From an uncultured Candidatus Micrarchaeota archaeon (GTDB taxonomy: Archaea > Micrarchaeota > Micrarchaeia > Anstonellales > Bilamarchaeaceae): a stretch of 44,632 bases of DNA. Below the pieces are notes generated by a model. It saw nothing but the letters and a program-made list of their open reading frames with translations, did no database searches and had not been told where the DNA came from. The stretch spans positions 1-44,632 of the forward strand of contig CAILMU010000005.1 of the NCBI GenBank assembly GCA_903835325.1. Reading direction: 5' to 3'. How positions within the stretch are numbered: the stretch's first letter is position 1; each line of letters opens with the position of its first letter. The translations under genes were made by a program, and so were the position numbers. Positions 1 to 9,346 of this stretch are shown piece by piece.

Positions 1-944
1 AAACCGAATGATTCGGAACAAAAAGACTCCCCGCGCTCGAGTTCGAGTGGTCTGGTTTGGTCAGCCTCGGCGATACGCTCGGACAGCAGGAGATTGAAGA
101 CGTGGGATTGGACGGCGTGGATGAATAGGAGAAGCATCCCGCGCGGAAGCTGTTTGAATGAGCCGAGATAATCGCCGGGATTTTTTGAAAGATAAGCGAC
201 CATAGAACGCTCGAGGCGGAGATGTTTGGGGAAATAGTTGAGAGCGCGGTTGAAATCAAGGTCAGCTCTCAATTGCTCCCTCGCTTGCCTCGCCTCGTCG
301 TTCTTTTCGCCAACGCTATCGCAGATGTATGAAATGGCTGCGCTTTCGAATTCGTTCTTCAGCAGTTTGAGACCGATTTCGTGGGTGTTTTTCCTGGTCG
401 AGCCGAATCGCTGGGAGCCGAAATAATTCGGGAAAATACCCCCCAAATCCGATTCGATTTCTTTAACGCGCTCGCCCGCTCCAGAATCCGCATCTTTGAT
501 TCTTATCGTGAACCGGTTTCCGAGAAGGCTTCCTATCCGGACTTTGTCTTTCGCCACCCATGCGCCCCGTATCGATATATCCTTTATTTTCAGCGATACG
601 ACCGCGCTCTTTTGGATTCCGCTTGCGGATGCGAGCTGGATGGTTCTGGCAACTTTATCCTTATTTCCCGCTACGCTGAATTGTTTGTGGGTGCAATGGA
701 GGCGCTTCGCGATTTCGGAGATGACTGATGATGTCGACCAGTCACGCTTCTCCAAAATAAAACGAGTGAAACGGCCCCCGGGTTCATCCGGAAACGAAAA
801 TGTTTTCCCAAGTTCAAGCACGGTTCCACCTTCGAGAATCTCCTCTACCAGGAAATCCTCTGGCTGGGATTTGAGATGGCCCCCGATGCCAGGGGTTTTC
901 GAAAAATAGGGAAGGCGGTGCGGCCATATGTCGCTTTCTTCCAT
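1..944 (-). CDS. truD: tRNA pseudouridine(13) synthase TruD, 3' end runs off the window
   Basis: Not in the ORF track. Manual translation of the minus strand from ATG at 944 gives MEESDIWPHRLPYFSKTPGIGGHLKSQPEDFLVEEI, AGNKDKVARTIQ (catalytic GxKD motif) and FPNYFGSQRFG, all TruD signatures. Confidence 0.95.
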   Translation of the reverse strand, partial: MEESDIWPHRLPYFSKTPGIGGHLKSQPEDFLVEEILEGGTVLELGKTFSFPDEPGGRFTRFILEKRDWSTSSVISEIAKRLHCTHKQFSVAGNKDKVARTIQLASASGIQKSAVVSLKIKDISIRGAWVAKDKVRIGSLLGNRFTIRIKDADSGAGERVKEIESDLGGIFPNYFGSQRFGSTRKNTHEIGLKLLKNEFESAAISYICDSVGEKNDEARQAREQLRADLDFNRALNYFPKHLRLERSMVAYLSKNPGDYLGSFKQLPRGMLLLFIHAVQSHVFNLLLSERIAEADQTRPLELERGESFCSESFG

Positions 945-945
945 G

Positions 946-1491
946 TCAGATCGCCCTCAGAAGATCCGCTTTCGTGATTATCCCGACGACCTTCCCCTGC
1001 CTCTCGACCAGGACAGCGCTGTAGTGGCGGAGCAAATCGATGACGACATCCGAAAGCGAGTTGGCAGGTATCACCGGCAGGCTTTCGCGCATGATCTTGC
1101 TGACAGTGAGCATCTTCACGTCTCCGCTATGGCTCGCGAGGAGATCGACCATCAGGCTGTCTGACAGGCTGCCCACGCACCGCCCGCCTTCCATCACAGG
1201 AAGCTGGGAGATGTTCTTCGAGCGCATTATGGACGATGCACGGTGAAGCGTGTCCGACGGCGAAATCGAGATGAGATCGGGGGTCATGATGTCGGTTGCC
1301 CTCTTCTTGTCCTTGCTCTTCAGCCTTGAAAGCGCATCATTGATCCGTATTACCTTGGAATAGGCAGGGTCTATCTTGCCGCATTCTATCTTCGCGATCA
1401 TAGATTGCGAAACGCCCGCTAGCTTCGCCAGGGCCTTCTGCGTCAGGCCGAGCTGCCTCCTCATCCTCCCGATTCGTTCGATTTCGAGCAT
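946..1491 (-). CDS. Cro/XRE HTH + tandem CBS domain transcriptional regulator
   Basis: RRQLGLTQKALAKLAGVSQSMIAKIECGKIDP HTH followed by two CBS repeats (ISQLPVME, VVGIITKADLL). Start moved to the ATG at 1491 (MLEIERIG). Confidence 0.93.
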   Translation of the reverse strand: MLEIERIGRMRRQLGLTQKALAKLAGVSQSMIAKIECGKIDPAYSKVIRINDALSRLKSKDKKRATDIMTPDLISISPSDTLHRASSIMRSKNISQLPVMEGGRCVGSLSDSLMVDLLASHSGDVKMLTVSKIMRESLPVIPANSLSDVVIDLLRHYSAVLVERQGKVVGIITKADLLRAI

Positions 1492-1569
1492 AGAAATTCC
1501 GATTAGAATATTGTTTGCAAAATAATATAAATATAGGAATGTGGCAGCAACAATCCCTAGGTGGTTTTG

Positions 1570-1812
1570 ATGGTGCATGGATTGGAAACATTAAAGGCAT
1601 TGAACAGCAAGGCATCAGCGCATAAGGAAGTGGCGAAGGTGCCGGTTCCGGATGCCATCGCACTGCACCCGGCGGCTGCAAGGAGATTTGTCAACTCTCC
1701 CTGGCCCAAGGAGTCGCGCGCCAAGAATCAACCGGATGTCTTCGCTACGTACGCGGAGAGTTCGGCCGAGCCGTTCAAAGGGAAGGCGCTCCATGAAGAT
1801 AGGCAGCCCTGA
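1570..1812 (+). CDS. small hypothetical protein (~80 aa)
   Basis: ATG at 1570 preceded by SD-like AGGTGG and an AT-rich TATA-like region (about 1520-1535). Fills the gap divergent from the HTH-CBS gene. No recognisable domain. Confidence 0.45.
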   Translation: MVHGLETLKALNSKASAHKEVAKVPVPDAIALHPAAARRFVNSPWPKESRAKNQPDVFATYAESSAEPFKGKALHEDRQP

Positions 1813-1929
1813 GCTTCAGGCGCATGAGCGGACGAGCTTTGCGCAATTGTCCCTTTTTTCCTATTCCCGATTTCTCGATTTCCGCTTTCTCTTTAAAACA
1901 TTCGATAGCATACTCTCTTCCGTGGTTCT

Positions 1930-4128
1930 ATGTCGAAGAAGATACTGATTACATCGGCCCTTCCTTATGTCAACAATGTGCCTCATCTTGGCAACATCAT
2001 CGGTTGCGTGCTATCCGCAGACGTTTTCTCCCGCTACTGTCGCTCACGAAAATATGAATGCCTCTACATATGCGGCACGGATGAATATGGCACAGCGACT
2101 GAGATCAAGGCGCTCGAAGAGGGCGTCACGCCTGCCGAGATCTGCTCCAAATACTATAAGATACACAAGGAAATCTACGAATGGTTCGGAATCAGATTCG
2201 ACATCTTCGGCCGGACATCGACCGAGAAGCACACCCAGATAACGCAGGAGATATTCAACGACCTCTACACCAACGGGCATATCATCGCAGAAGAGATAGA
2301 GCAGTTCTATGACGAGAAGGCAGGCATGTTCCTGGCCGACCGATATATAGAAGGCGAATGCCCGCATTGCCACTATGACGGGGCCAGAGGCGACCAGTGC
2401 GACAAGTGCGGGAAACTGCTGCATCCGACAGAGCTTATCGAGCCGCACAGCAAGATCACAAAGACGAAACCGATACTGAGGAAGACCAAGCACCTGTTCA
2501 TAGACCTGCCGGGGATAGAGAAGGAGCTTGCCCCCTGGATAACAGGCAATTCGGTCGCTGGGTTCTGGAGCGAGAACACGAAAAAGATCGCCATGGCCTG
2601 GCTCGCTGAAGGGCTGAAGAAAAGGGCGATAACGCGCGATTTGAAATGGGGCGTCCCGGTCCCCCTCAAGGGATACGAGAATAAGGTTTTCTATGTGTGG
2701 TTTGATGCGCCGATAGGATATATCTCGATCACGGCGAACCTGACAGATAACTGGAAAGACTGGTGGATGAACCCCAAGGGAGTCGACCTCTACCAGTTCA
2801 TGGGGAAGGACAATGTGCCTTTCCACAGCGTCATCTTCCCCTCCACCCTGATGGGCACGCATAAATCATGGACGCTCGTGCATCATATGAGCACTACGGA
2901 ATTCCTGAATTATGAAGACGGCAAGTTCTCGAAATCAAAGCAGATAGGCGTCTTCGGCGACGATGCCATGAAATCCGGGGTGCCTGCGGATGTCTACAGA
3001 TACTACCTCCTGTCCAACCGGCCCGAGCAGGCAGACACTAATTTCAGCTGGGATGATTTCTCGGACAAGAACAACAGCGAACTCCTTGCGAACCTCGGCA
3101 ACCTGGTGAACAGGACGCTCGTTTTCGTGAAGAACAATTTTGACGGGAAGGTGCCTTCAGGAGAGCCCAACGAGAAGGATAAAGTATTCCTGGATGAACA
3201 GAAGAAGGTAAGGGAGGAGATAAGTGCAGACCTCGAGAAGGTGCGTATCAAGGATGGCCTCCACAAGATCATGCATCTCTCGAAGAATACGAACAGGTAT
3301 TTCCAGGACAACAAGCCATGGGAGCTTGTGAAGAGCGACAAGGCGCGCTCTGGCGCTGTGATACGCATACTCGTCTCGCAGGTGAAGGATCTCGCGATAC
3401 TGACAGAACCATACCTTCCTCAGACGAGCAAAGAGATGTTCTCGCAACTCGGGCTCGAGACGCAGAGATGGGATGGACTCGGCATATTGCTTGATGGGGG
3501 GCACGCTATCGGGACCCCGAAAGCGCTCTTCAGGAAGATAGAGCCGAAAGAGACCGCGGAACTGCGATCGCGCTTCTCCGGGAAAGGCGAAAAGAAAGAG
3601 GAAGAAAAGCCTGCGATTCATTTCAAGGACCTGGACCTGGAAATAGGGGAGATTTTAAGCGTCGTGAAGCATCCGAATGCTGAGAAGCTGTTCGTGGAGC
3701 GGGTCAAGCTCGGCGGTGAGGAGAGGCAGATAGTCTCAGGCCTGGTCGGCTATTATCTTGCCGAGGAGCTCGTAGGCAAGAAGGTCGTGATTGTCAAGAA
3801 CCTGAAACCTGCGCTTTTGCGAGGGGTCGAATCTAACGGCATGCTGCTTGCAGCAGAAGGCAGGGAGCTTGTGCCGAACAAGGTGCAGAAAGGCGCAGGT
3901 TTCGAGAAAGGCGCTGTCGAAGTGATATTCTGCGAAGGCTGCACCCCTGGGCAGAAAGTGACGAGATTGGGCGAGAAGAGCGAGCCGAAATCCCTTCTCA
4001 CGATCGATGATTTCAGGAAAGTCAAGATCGAGGTCATGGATTTTCTGATCATGAGCGAAGGGAAAGGATTGGTCTGCGGCGCCCATGAACTGAGATTTCA
4101 TAATGTGAAGGAAGGCATAGTCGGTTGA
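1930..4128 (+). CDS. metG: methionine--tRNA ligase with C-terminal tRNA-binding OB (EMAP/Trbp111-like) domain
   Basis: ALPYVNNVPHLGN (HIGH), CPHC..CDKC zinc knuckle, YVWFDAPIGY, KFSKS (KMSKS), C-terminal HPNAEKL...NLKPALLRGVESNGMLLAA. Confidence 0.98.
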   Translation: MSKKILITSALPYVNNVPHLGNIIGCVLSADVFSRYCRSRKYECLYICGTDEYGTATEIKALEEGVTPAEICSKYYKIHKEIYEWFGIRFDIFGRTSTEKHTQITQEIFNDLYTNGHIIAEEIEQFYDEKAGMFLADRYIEGECPHCHYDGARGDQCDKCGKLLHPTELIEPHSKITKTKPILRKTKHLFIDLPGIEKELAPWITGNSVAGFWSENTKKIAMAWLAEGLKKRAITRDLKWGVPVPLKGYENKVFYVWFDAPIGYISITANLTDNWKDWWMNPKGVDLYQFMGKDNVPFHSVIFPSTLMGTHKSWTLVHHMSTTEFLNYEDGKFSKSKQIGVFGDDAMKSGVPADVYRYYLLSNRPEQADTNFSWDDFSDKNNSELLANLGNLVNRTLVFVKNNFDGKVPSGEPNEKDKVFLDEQKKVREEISADLEKVRIKDGLHKIMHLSKNTNRYFQDNKPWELVKSDKARSGAVIRILVSQVKDLAILTEPYLPQTSKEMFSQLGLETQRWDGLGILLDGGHAIGTPKALFRKIEPKETAELRSRFSGKGEKKEEEKPAIHFKDLDLEIGEILSVVKHPNAEKLFVERVKLGGEERQIVSGLVGYYLAEELVGKKVVIVKNLKPALLRGVESNGMLLAAEGRELVPNKVQKGAGFEKGAVEVIFCEGCTPGQKVTRLGEKSEPKSLLTIDDFRKVKIEVMDFLIMSEGKGLVCGAHELRFHNVKEGIVG

Positions 4129-4164
4129 AGTCGTGATTCGGATGAAGAATTCGGAGTAGGAAAT

Positions 4165-4830
4165 ATGAGACCGCTTTATGCATTTCTGTTTTTCCTTGCC
4201 GGGACGATCATGCTGATGCTCCTCTACCGCAACGAGCTCCTTCTTTTCGGCCTCATGTCTGCATGCGCGCTCGCTTGCCTTCACATGGATAAGTGGAAGA
4301 ATGCCAAACGATTCCTAGCGGCGATGCTGATAGGCGGGACATGTGAGAATATCGCTGTGATGATAGGGGGCTGGCATTATTCTTTTTCGCACTACCTATA
4401 TGCGCCACTCTGGCTCCCTGTCGGATGGGGCATGGCCTATATATTCCTGTGCGACATGGTACCGAAAAAAGCTGAAGGGCGCTACAAGTTCAGGATGGGC
4501 AAGGATGAAGCGATTGGGCTGTTCCTCTCGCTTGGAGGCATCTTCCTCGCATTCAGCGGTTCGTTCTTGACAAGCTATTACCATTTCGACGAGATGGGGG
4601 TCCTTATCGGGTTCATCGGGGTGACTGTCGGGCTTTTCATAATCGGTTTCTACAGACTTTCAGATATCAAGGCAGGGCTGGTGGCTGCATCCCTGGGGAC
4701 CGGCATGGAGAGCTTGTGCATAATAGCAGGGAATTGGCATTACATGAGCGCGGTGTTCAGGACTCCGATGTGGCTTCCGCTATGCTGGTTCAATGCATTC
4801 CTGATAATGAGAAGGATAATAGAAAGATGA
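4165..4830 (+). CDS. integral membrane protein with internal two-fold repeat (DUF2878-like)
   Basis: Hydrophobic. Repeated motif GGTCENIAVMIGGWHY..PLWLPVGW / GTGMESLCIIAGNWHY..PMWLPLCW. Confidence 0.75.
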   Translation: MRPLYAFLFFLAGTIMLMLLYRNELLLFGLMSACALACLHMDKWKNAKRFLAAMLIGGTCENIAVMIGGWHYSFSHYLYAPLWLPVGWGMAYIFLCDMVPKKAEGRYKFRMGKDEAIGLFLSLGGIFLAFSGSFLTSYYHFDEMGVLIGFIGVTVGLFIIGFYRLSDIKAGLVAASLGTGMESLCIIAGNWHYMSAVFRTPMWLPLCWFNAFLIMRRIIER

Positions 4831-4851
4831 GAAAAAAACTTGGATAAGAAC

Positions 4852-5235
4852 TCAGCTGACCAATACGCCGTTCACTATCCCGTCCTGGCCCACGCGGTTC
4901 GTGACCCTGACTTTCCCCAGCTCGGTCTCCACGACCGCACCGCGGGTCACGACGTTCATACGCACGTACTCGGGATTCGGGCTGTCAAGGACACGGATCA
5001 TCTTCACCTGCTTCATGCCGGTCTTGGAGACGACATTGACCATGGATGCCTTCTTCAGCTTTATACCGAGAGCCCCGCCCCTTCCGCGGACGCTCTCCTT
5101 GACGTCTTTTGCCGCGACTTTCGTGGATGCGAAGACGCCTCCCAGGTGCGCGACCTTCTTGGCCTTGAACTTCCTGGTCCTTCCGCCGGTACCGGCCGTC
5201 ACTTTCTTCCCATAAGGCTGATGATATTGATACAT
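4852..5235 (-). CDS. rps8e: 30S ribosomal protein S8e
   Basis: TGGR, RGRGG, NPEYVRMNVVTRGAVVETELGKVRVTNRVGQDGIVNGVL match eS8. Likely start is the ATG at 5235. Confidence 0.96.
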   Translation of the reverse strand: MYQYHQPYGKKVTAGTGGRTRKFKAKKVAHLGGVFASTKVAAKDVKESVRGRGGALGIKLKKASMVNVVSKTGMKQVKMIRVLDSPNPEYVRMNVVTRGAVVETELGKVRVTNRVGQDGIVNGVLVS

Positions 5236-5314
5236 AATCACGCTACCTCTTGAAGTAGATTCATCAAAATAATGACGGGGGGGATTTTAAAAACTATTTG
5301 TTAAAGCGCTTCCC

Positions 5315-5734
5315 ATGCGGATAATCAGGATGAAGAGCGATATCGCGAAAGAGAGGATGCGCGCATTGATGGATGAAATCGATGCGATTGCGATAAAGAG
5401 CGATACCGTACGCTCGGGAGAAGAGACCGAGCTCGCTTATCATCTCGCGAAAAAATCATTCGAAAACAAGAAAAACATCGCGCGTTCGCTCCGATACGAA
5501 TTCCTTCTCTGGCTGACCGGTAAGAACGACATAAAATCCGCCATGGGGATGAGCGCGCCGAAGGATTCGGCGAACACGGAGACGGGGGAGTTCTTGTTGG
5601 TCGTATTCGCGGACGAGCGGAAAAAATCAGATGAGGAAATCGCTGGGATTTTCAACGCAAAACTGCTTCCTCTTGGATTGGAGAAAAAGTCCGATGCCTT
5701 ATCGCTCGAACGGATATCGCTGTCGCGGATCTGA
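5315..5734 (+). CDS. cgi121: KEOPS complex subunit Cgi121
   Basis: AYHLAKKSFENKKNIARSLRYEFLLWLTGKNDIKSAM and C-terminal LERISL resemble Cgi121/TPRKB. Confidence 0.8.
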   Translation: MRIIRMKSDIAKERMRALMDEIDAIAIKSDTVRSGEETELAYHLAKKSFENKKNIARSLRYEFLLWLTGKNDIKSAMGMSAPKDSANTETGEFLLVVFADERKKSDEEIAGIFNAKLLPLGLEKKSDALSLERISLSRI

Positions 5735-5759
5735 AATAAATGTGAAAAAATTCGGGTTT

Positions 5760-7511
5760 TCATATCCCTAGCTGCTTCTTCAGGGCATCCTGGTCTATCG
5801 GTATCTCTATCCCCAGAACCTTGTGGATGAACATGAACATCTCTACGATCTTGGATTTGTCCTTCGTTATCTTCTCCGCCATCTGCTTGATGGTGAGCTC
5901 TTTGCCTATCAGCTCGTAGAACATCAGCCCTTCCTTGCCGTAGCGCTTGTACACGGCATAGCCGTCCTCCCCATACTTCTTGCGCACATCCGCCCGGGGC
6001 GCCGGCTTAATTATGACCATGCCGTTCTGCATCATGAAATCCACGGTCTCTTTCACAGTATAAAGAGGCATGTCGAGGGCGAGCGCGATATCTATCATGT
6101 CGTTCTTGCCATCCATCCGGTCCAGAATCTTGCCCCCCTTTTCCCCGTATTTCAGCATTATCTTGGCTTTCATCTGCATCGATTTCACAAAATCCAGGGG
6201 CGCCTTGATGGGCGTCTCAAGCGGCGATGGCACCGGCCCCGCGCCTTCTGCCATCTCCTCCCCTTCGATCATCGGATTGAAGCCGGCCGCGCTCTCCTTG
6301 GACTCTTCGGCAGGGGGCGGGACCTCGCCCATCGCCGTCCTGCCTGCGGAAGGTTGCGTCCCTCCAGGGGGAGCTTTGGGGTAATCAAGCTTTATGATGC
6401 CCTGCTCGTCCATGAAATCCAATATCTCGACCAGTTTAGATTCGGTCAGGCCCGTCTCGCGCATTATCTCTTCGGCAGTGCGCTGGCCGTCTATGAGCGT
6501 GTACACCTGGAGACCGACGTCCCCGTATTTATCAGATATTATCTTCTCGACCGGGCTCATGCCCCCTGCCTCGGCACCGGAACCTCCGGCGCCGCCGGCT
6601 TCCGGCTGCTCAGAAGGCGTTATCTCCTCTTCCCCGGTGGCAGCTTCCCCGGAGTCTTCAGGCTTCTCGGATTCGATTTCGATCCCGGATTCTTCAGGCG
6701 TCTTTTCTTCCTCTTCCGCCGGAGCTTCTTCCGAGACCTCTTCCTCGTTCGTCTCGCCTTCTTCTTCCTTCCCGCCCCTCTCCGCGCCTTCAGTGGCCTC
6801 TCTTTCGCCTTCGACTTCCTCTCTGTCGCGTTCGGCTTCGGCCCCTTCCTCGTTGCTGATCGGTCTTATCTCGTCCTCTTCTTCGATCGGCCTTATCTCG
6901 ACATCTTGCTCGGCCTTGGCTTTGCCGGCCTCGCGGCCTTTCATGCCCTTCCTGGCAGGTTTCGGCTCCTCCTCTTCTGGGAGTATCGGGGCGATCTCAG
7001 GCGCTAACTCTTCCGAGATACCCTTCTCGGGCGCTTCCTCTTCGCGTTTCTTCACCTTCGCGCCTTTCTTCTTTGAGAACGGGATCTCGGGAGCGGGCTT
7101 TTCGGCTTCGGCCGCCTCTTCCTCCTCGGGAATCTCCGGTCCGACAGGCTGCTCTTCGGCTGGCTGCTCCTCGGCCGGCGTTTCCTCGCCGCCAAGCTCG
7201 AAGCGCTCCTGCGGGATGTTCTGGCCCGGCCCCTCATGCCCGCCTTTTTGTTTCGCGCCTGCAGGCTCCAATTCTATCATGCCGGCATCGCGCATGTAAT
7301 CTATTATCTGGGCGAACAGGCCCTCGTCCATGCCGAGGTCCTTGCGGAGCTCTTCCGTGGTCCTTTTCCCTGTTATCGCCTTGTAGACCTGGAGGCCCAC
7401 TTCGCCGAATTTCTTGAGAAGCATGTTTTGATTCTTGAACCGCTGCAAGGGCCCCTTCTCGTGTTTGATGATCTTATAATCAGCGCCGTCTGCCATCTCA
7501 ACCACTCGCAC
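5760..7511 (-). CDS. hypothetical protein: four winged-helix-like repeats with a long acidic E/P-rich linker
   Basis: Repeats of K(F/Y)G..G..(V/I)Y..IDG.RT..E....G.....L..I.D(F/Y)M...G.I. The central ~230 aa is low-complexity and Glu-rich. The start could be a downstream ATG (MADGADY). Confidence 0.85.
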   Translation of the reverse strand: MRVVEMADGADYKIIKHEKGPLQRFKNQNMLLKKFGEVGLQVYKAITGKRTTEELRKDLGMDEGLFAQIIDYMRDAGMIELEPAGAKQKGGHEGPGQNIPQERFELGGEETPAEEQPAEEQPVGPEIPEEEEAAEAEKPAPEIPFSKKKGAKVKKREEEAPEKGISEELAPEIAPILPEEEEPKPARKGMKGREAGKAKAEQDVEIRPIEEEDEIRPISNEEGAEAERDREEVEGEREATEGAERGGKEEEGETNEEEVSEEAPAEEEEKTPEESGIEIESEKPEDSGEAATGEEEITPSEQPEAGGAGGSGAEAGGMSPVEKIISDKYGDVGLQVYTLIDGQRTAEEIMRETGLTESKLVEILDFMDEQGIIKLDYPKAPPGGTQPSAGRTAMGEVPPPAEESKESAAGFNPMIEGEEMAEGAGPVPSPLETPIKAPLDFVKSMQMKAKIMLKYGEKGGKILDRMDGKNDMIDIALALDMPLYTVKETVDFMMQNGMVIIKPAPRADVRKKYGEDGYAVYKRYGKEGLMFYELIGKELTIKQMAEKITKDKSKIVEMFMFIHKVLGIEIPIDQDALKKQLGI

Positions 7512-7568
7512 ATCGGGTAAGGATCGTTTGGTAAATGAATATCATCAGAATCTTTATTAACATACTCA

Positions 7569-7578
7569 ATTTATATAA
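7569..7578. promoter_or_regulatory. TATA-like element in the divergent intergenic region
   Basis: ATTTATATAA within the AT-rich ~70 nt gap between the divergent genes at 7511 (-) and 7583 (+). A second TATA-like TTTATTAA lies at about 7553-7560. Confidence 0.45.
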
Positions 7579-7582
7579 GCCC

Positions 7583-9310
7583 ATGGAGTTCGACGAGCTA
7601 CTGATAACCACGGGTGTCGATGCGCTCGTGCGCCTGATCCGCGAAAAAGGGAAGATCGAGCTTGATGAGGCTTCGTCGCTCCTGAACATCCCTCCCGAGA
7701 CCCTGCAGGAGTGGGCGCGCGTCCTAGAAGAGGAGGGCATAATCAAGCTGGAGTACAGGCTCACCAAAGTCAACCTTGTCTGGCTGAAGCCGACCGAAGA
7801 GGAGATTATCTCCGAGAAAGAGTCTTTCCGGGAAGAGAAAGGCGGCCTCGAGAAGGAGGTCGATGCATTCCGGGGCAGGACCATCGAGCAGGGGAAAGAG
7901 ATAAGCGACCTGAGGCAGTCGTTCTCCGAGTTCTATTCGAAGGCTTACCCAAGGATCGAGAAGCTGGAGAAGGCGGTATCAAGCGGCTCAGCGCCCTCCG
8001 CATCCGCTCTTCCGGCCGGGCAACGCAGGCCCGAGGAAGTGATCGCCGATTATTCCGGGAGATTGGAGCGCTTCGGCGCGGACATCGATTCCATCAGGGG
8101 AGCCCTCGGCGGCATCAGGAGCGACATCGAGAGCGTGGGGATAGAGCGCAAGGCGAAGGATGCGGCAGACCGGATGGAGAGGATGGATTCCATCAGACAG
8201 GAATTCAGCGCGCTCGAGAAGGAATTTTCTGAAGTCAAGAAGAAATCCGCAGGCGCCACGCCATCCGAAGGCGCTATGCCGAGCTCTGCCGAATTCAGGA
8301 AGAAGTTCGATGGGATAAAGAAGGACGTCGCATCCGTGAAAGCCAAAAGCGCGCAGATCCGCGAGGACATGATAAGCCTGCACGAGAGCTCCGAGATATT
8401 GAAAGGCGTCGCTGAATCGATAATGGGGAGCGAGGAGAAGGTGCAGGGCATCCAGGATGAATTGGATTCATTGAACAAGCAGTCGGATGCTCTCCTGGAG
8501 AAGGCGAATGCCATATCCGAAAAAGTCAAGGAGAGCGCAGATATCTCGGAACGCCTTGCCGGAACCATCACGACGGCCAAAGGCGTCCTGACCCGCTTCC
8601 CCACCCAAGCGAAGGTGATGGAGGAGCTGGACAAGATGAAGGCCATCGAGAGCAATCTGCTCGAGAAGACGGATGCCATGGAGGGCCTCCTCAGCGCCAC
8701 AGGGGGGCGGGCTATGAGCGTCAAACAGCTCACGGATACCACCAAGAAGATGGAGACCAAGGTCGGTGAGATGCGCGCAGAGATAGAAGCGCTCGAATCG
8801 AGCCTCGAGGACGAGAAGGCGACCTATCTCGCGTTCCAGAAAATCAAGGAGCGCATCGTGCCCTCCATAGAAGGATACCAGAAGCAGATAAGCGGAATGG
8901 AGAGCGAAATCGGCAAGATACAGATAGACGCGGTCAAGCAGAAGGAGTCCCTGAAGCAGGACAGCGAGAAGATACAGCAGATGCTCAAGGAGCCCGGCAC
9001 CGTGGAAGCGATGAAGGTCGTCGGGGAGATAGAGGTGAAGAGGAAGGAGCTCGATGAGATAAAGCAGACGCTGGACGAGCTGTCGGACACGTCCGACAAC
9101 CTCACGAAAAGGATAACCCTGCTCTCGCAGCAGGCGAAGCTGGTCGAGATACGCGCAGGCCCGGCGGCTCCGGCAGGACCTGCAGAGACCGAGAACAAGA
9201 AAGAGGAGATCCGCCATCAGCTGGAGCTGAGCGAAGCCGAGGAGCTCGAATTCCGCAGGAAGCGCGAGGAGCTCAAGAACCTCATCAAGAAGCTCTGGGA
9301 GAGCGGATAG
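7583..9310 (+). CDS. N-terminal winged-helix + very long coiled-coil protein
   Basis: TTGVDALVRLIREKGKIELDEASSLLNIPPETLQEWARVLEEEGIIKLEY is wHTH-like, followed by ~480 aa of heptad-rich E/K/L sequence with no Walker motifs. Start moved to the ATG at 7583. Confidence 0.88.
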   Translation: MEFDELLITTGVDALVRLIREKGKIELDEASSLLNIPPETLQEWARVLEEEGIIKLEYRLTKVNLVWLKPTEEEIISEKESFREEKGGLEKEVDAFRGRTIEQGKEISDLRQSFSEFYSKAYPRIEKLEKAVSSGSAPSASALPAGQRRPEEVIADYSGRLERFGADIDSIRGALGGIRSDIESVGIERKAKDAADRMERMDSIRQEFSALEKEFSEVKKKSAGATPSEGAMPSSAEFRKKFDGIKKDVASVKAKSAQIREDMISLHESSEILKGVAESIMGSEEKVQGIQDELDSLNKQSDALLEKANAISEKVKESADISERLAGTITTAKGVLTRFPTQAKVMEELDKMKAIESNLLEKTDAMEGLLSATGGRAMSVKQLTDTTKKMETKVGEMRAEIEALESSLEDEKATYLAFQKIKERIVPSIEGYQKQISGMESEIGKIQIDAVKQKESLKQDSEKIQQMLKEPGTVEAMKVVGEIEVKRKELDEIKQTLDELSDTSDNLTKRITLLSQQAKLVEIRAGPAAPAGPAETENKKEEIRHQLELSEAEELEFRRKREELKNLIKKLWESG

Positions 9311-9346
9311 GGAGCTAAGTGATAAGGCATATAGCAGGATATCCTG

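Noticed and set aside
7583..9310. SMC/Rad50 annotation
   Set aside because: No Walker A/B, signature motif, hinge or zinc hook; only coiled coil.
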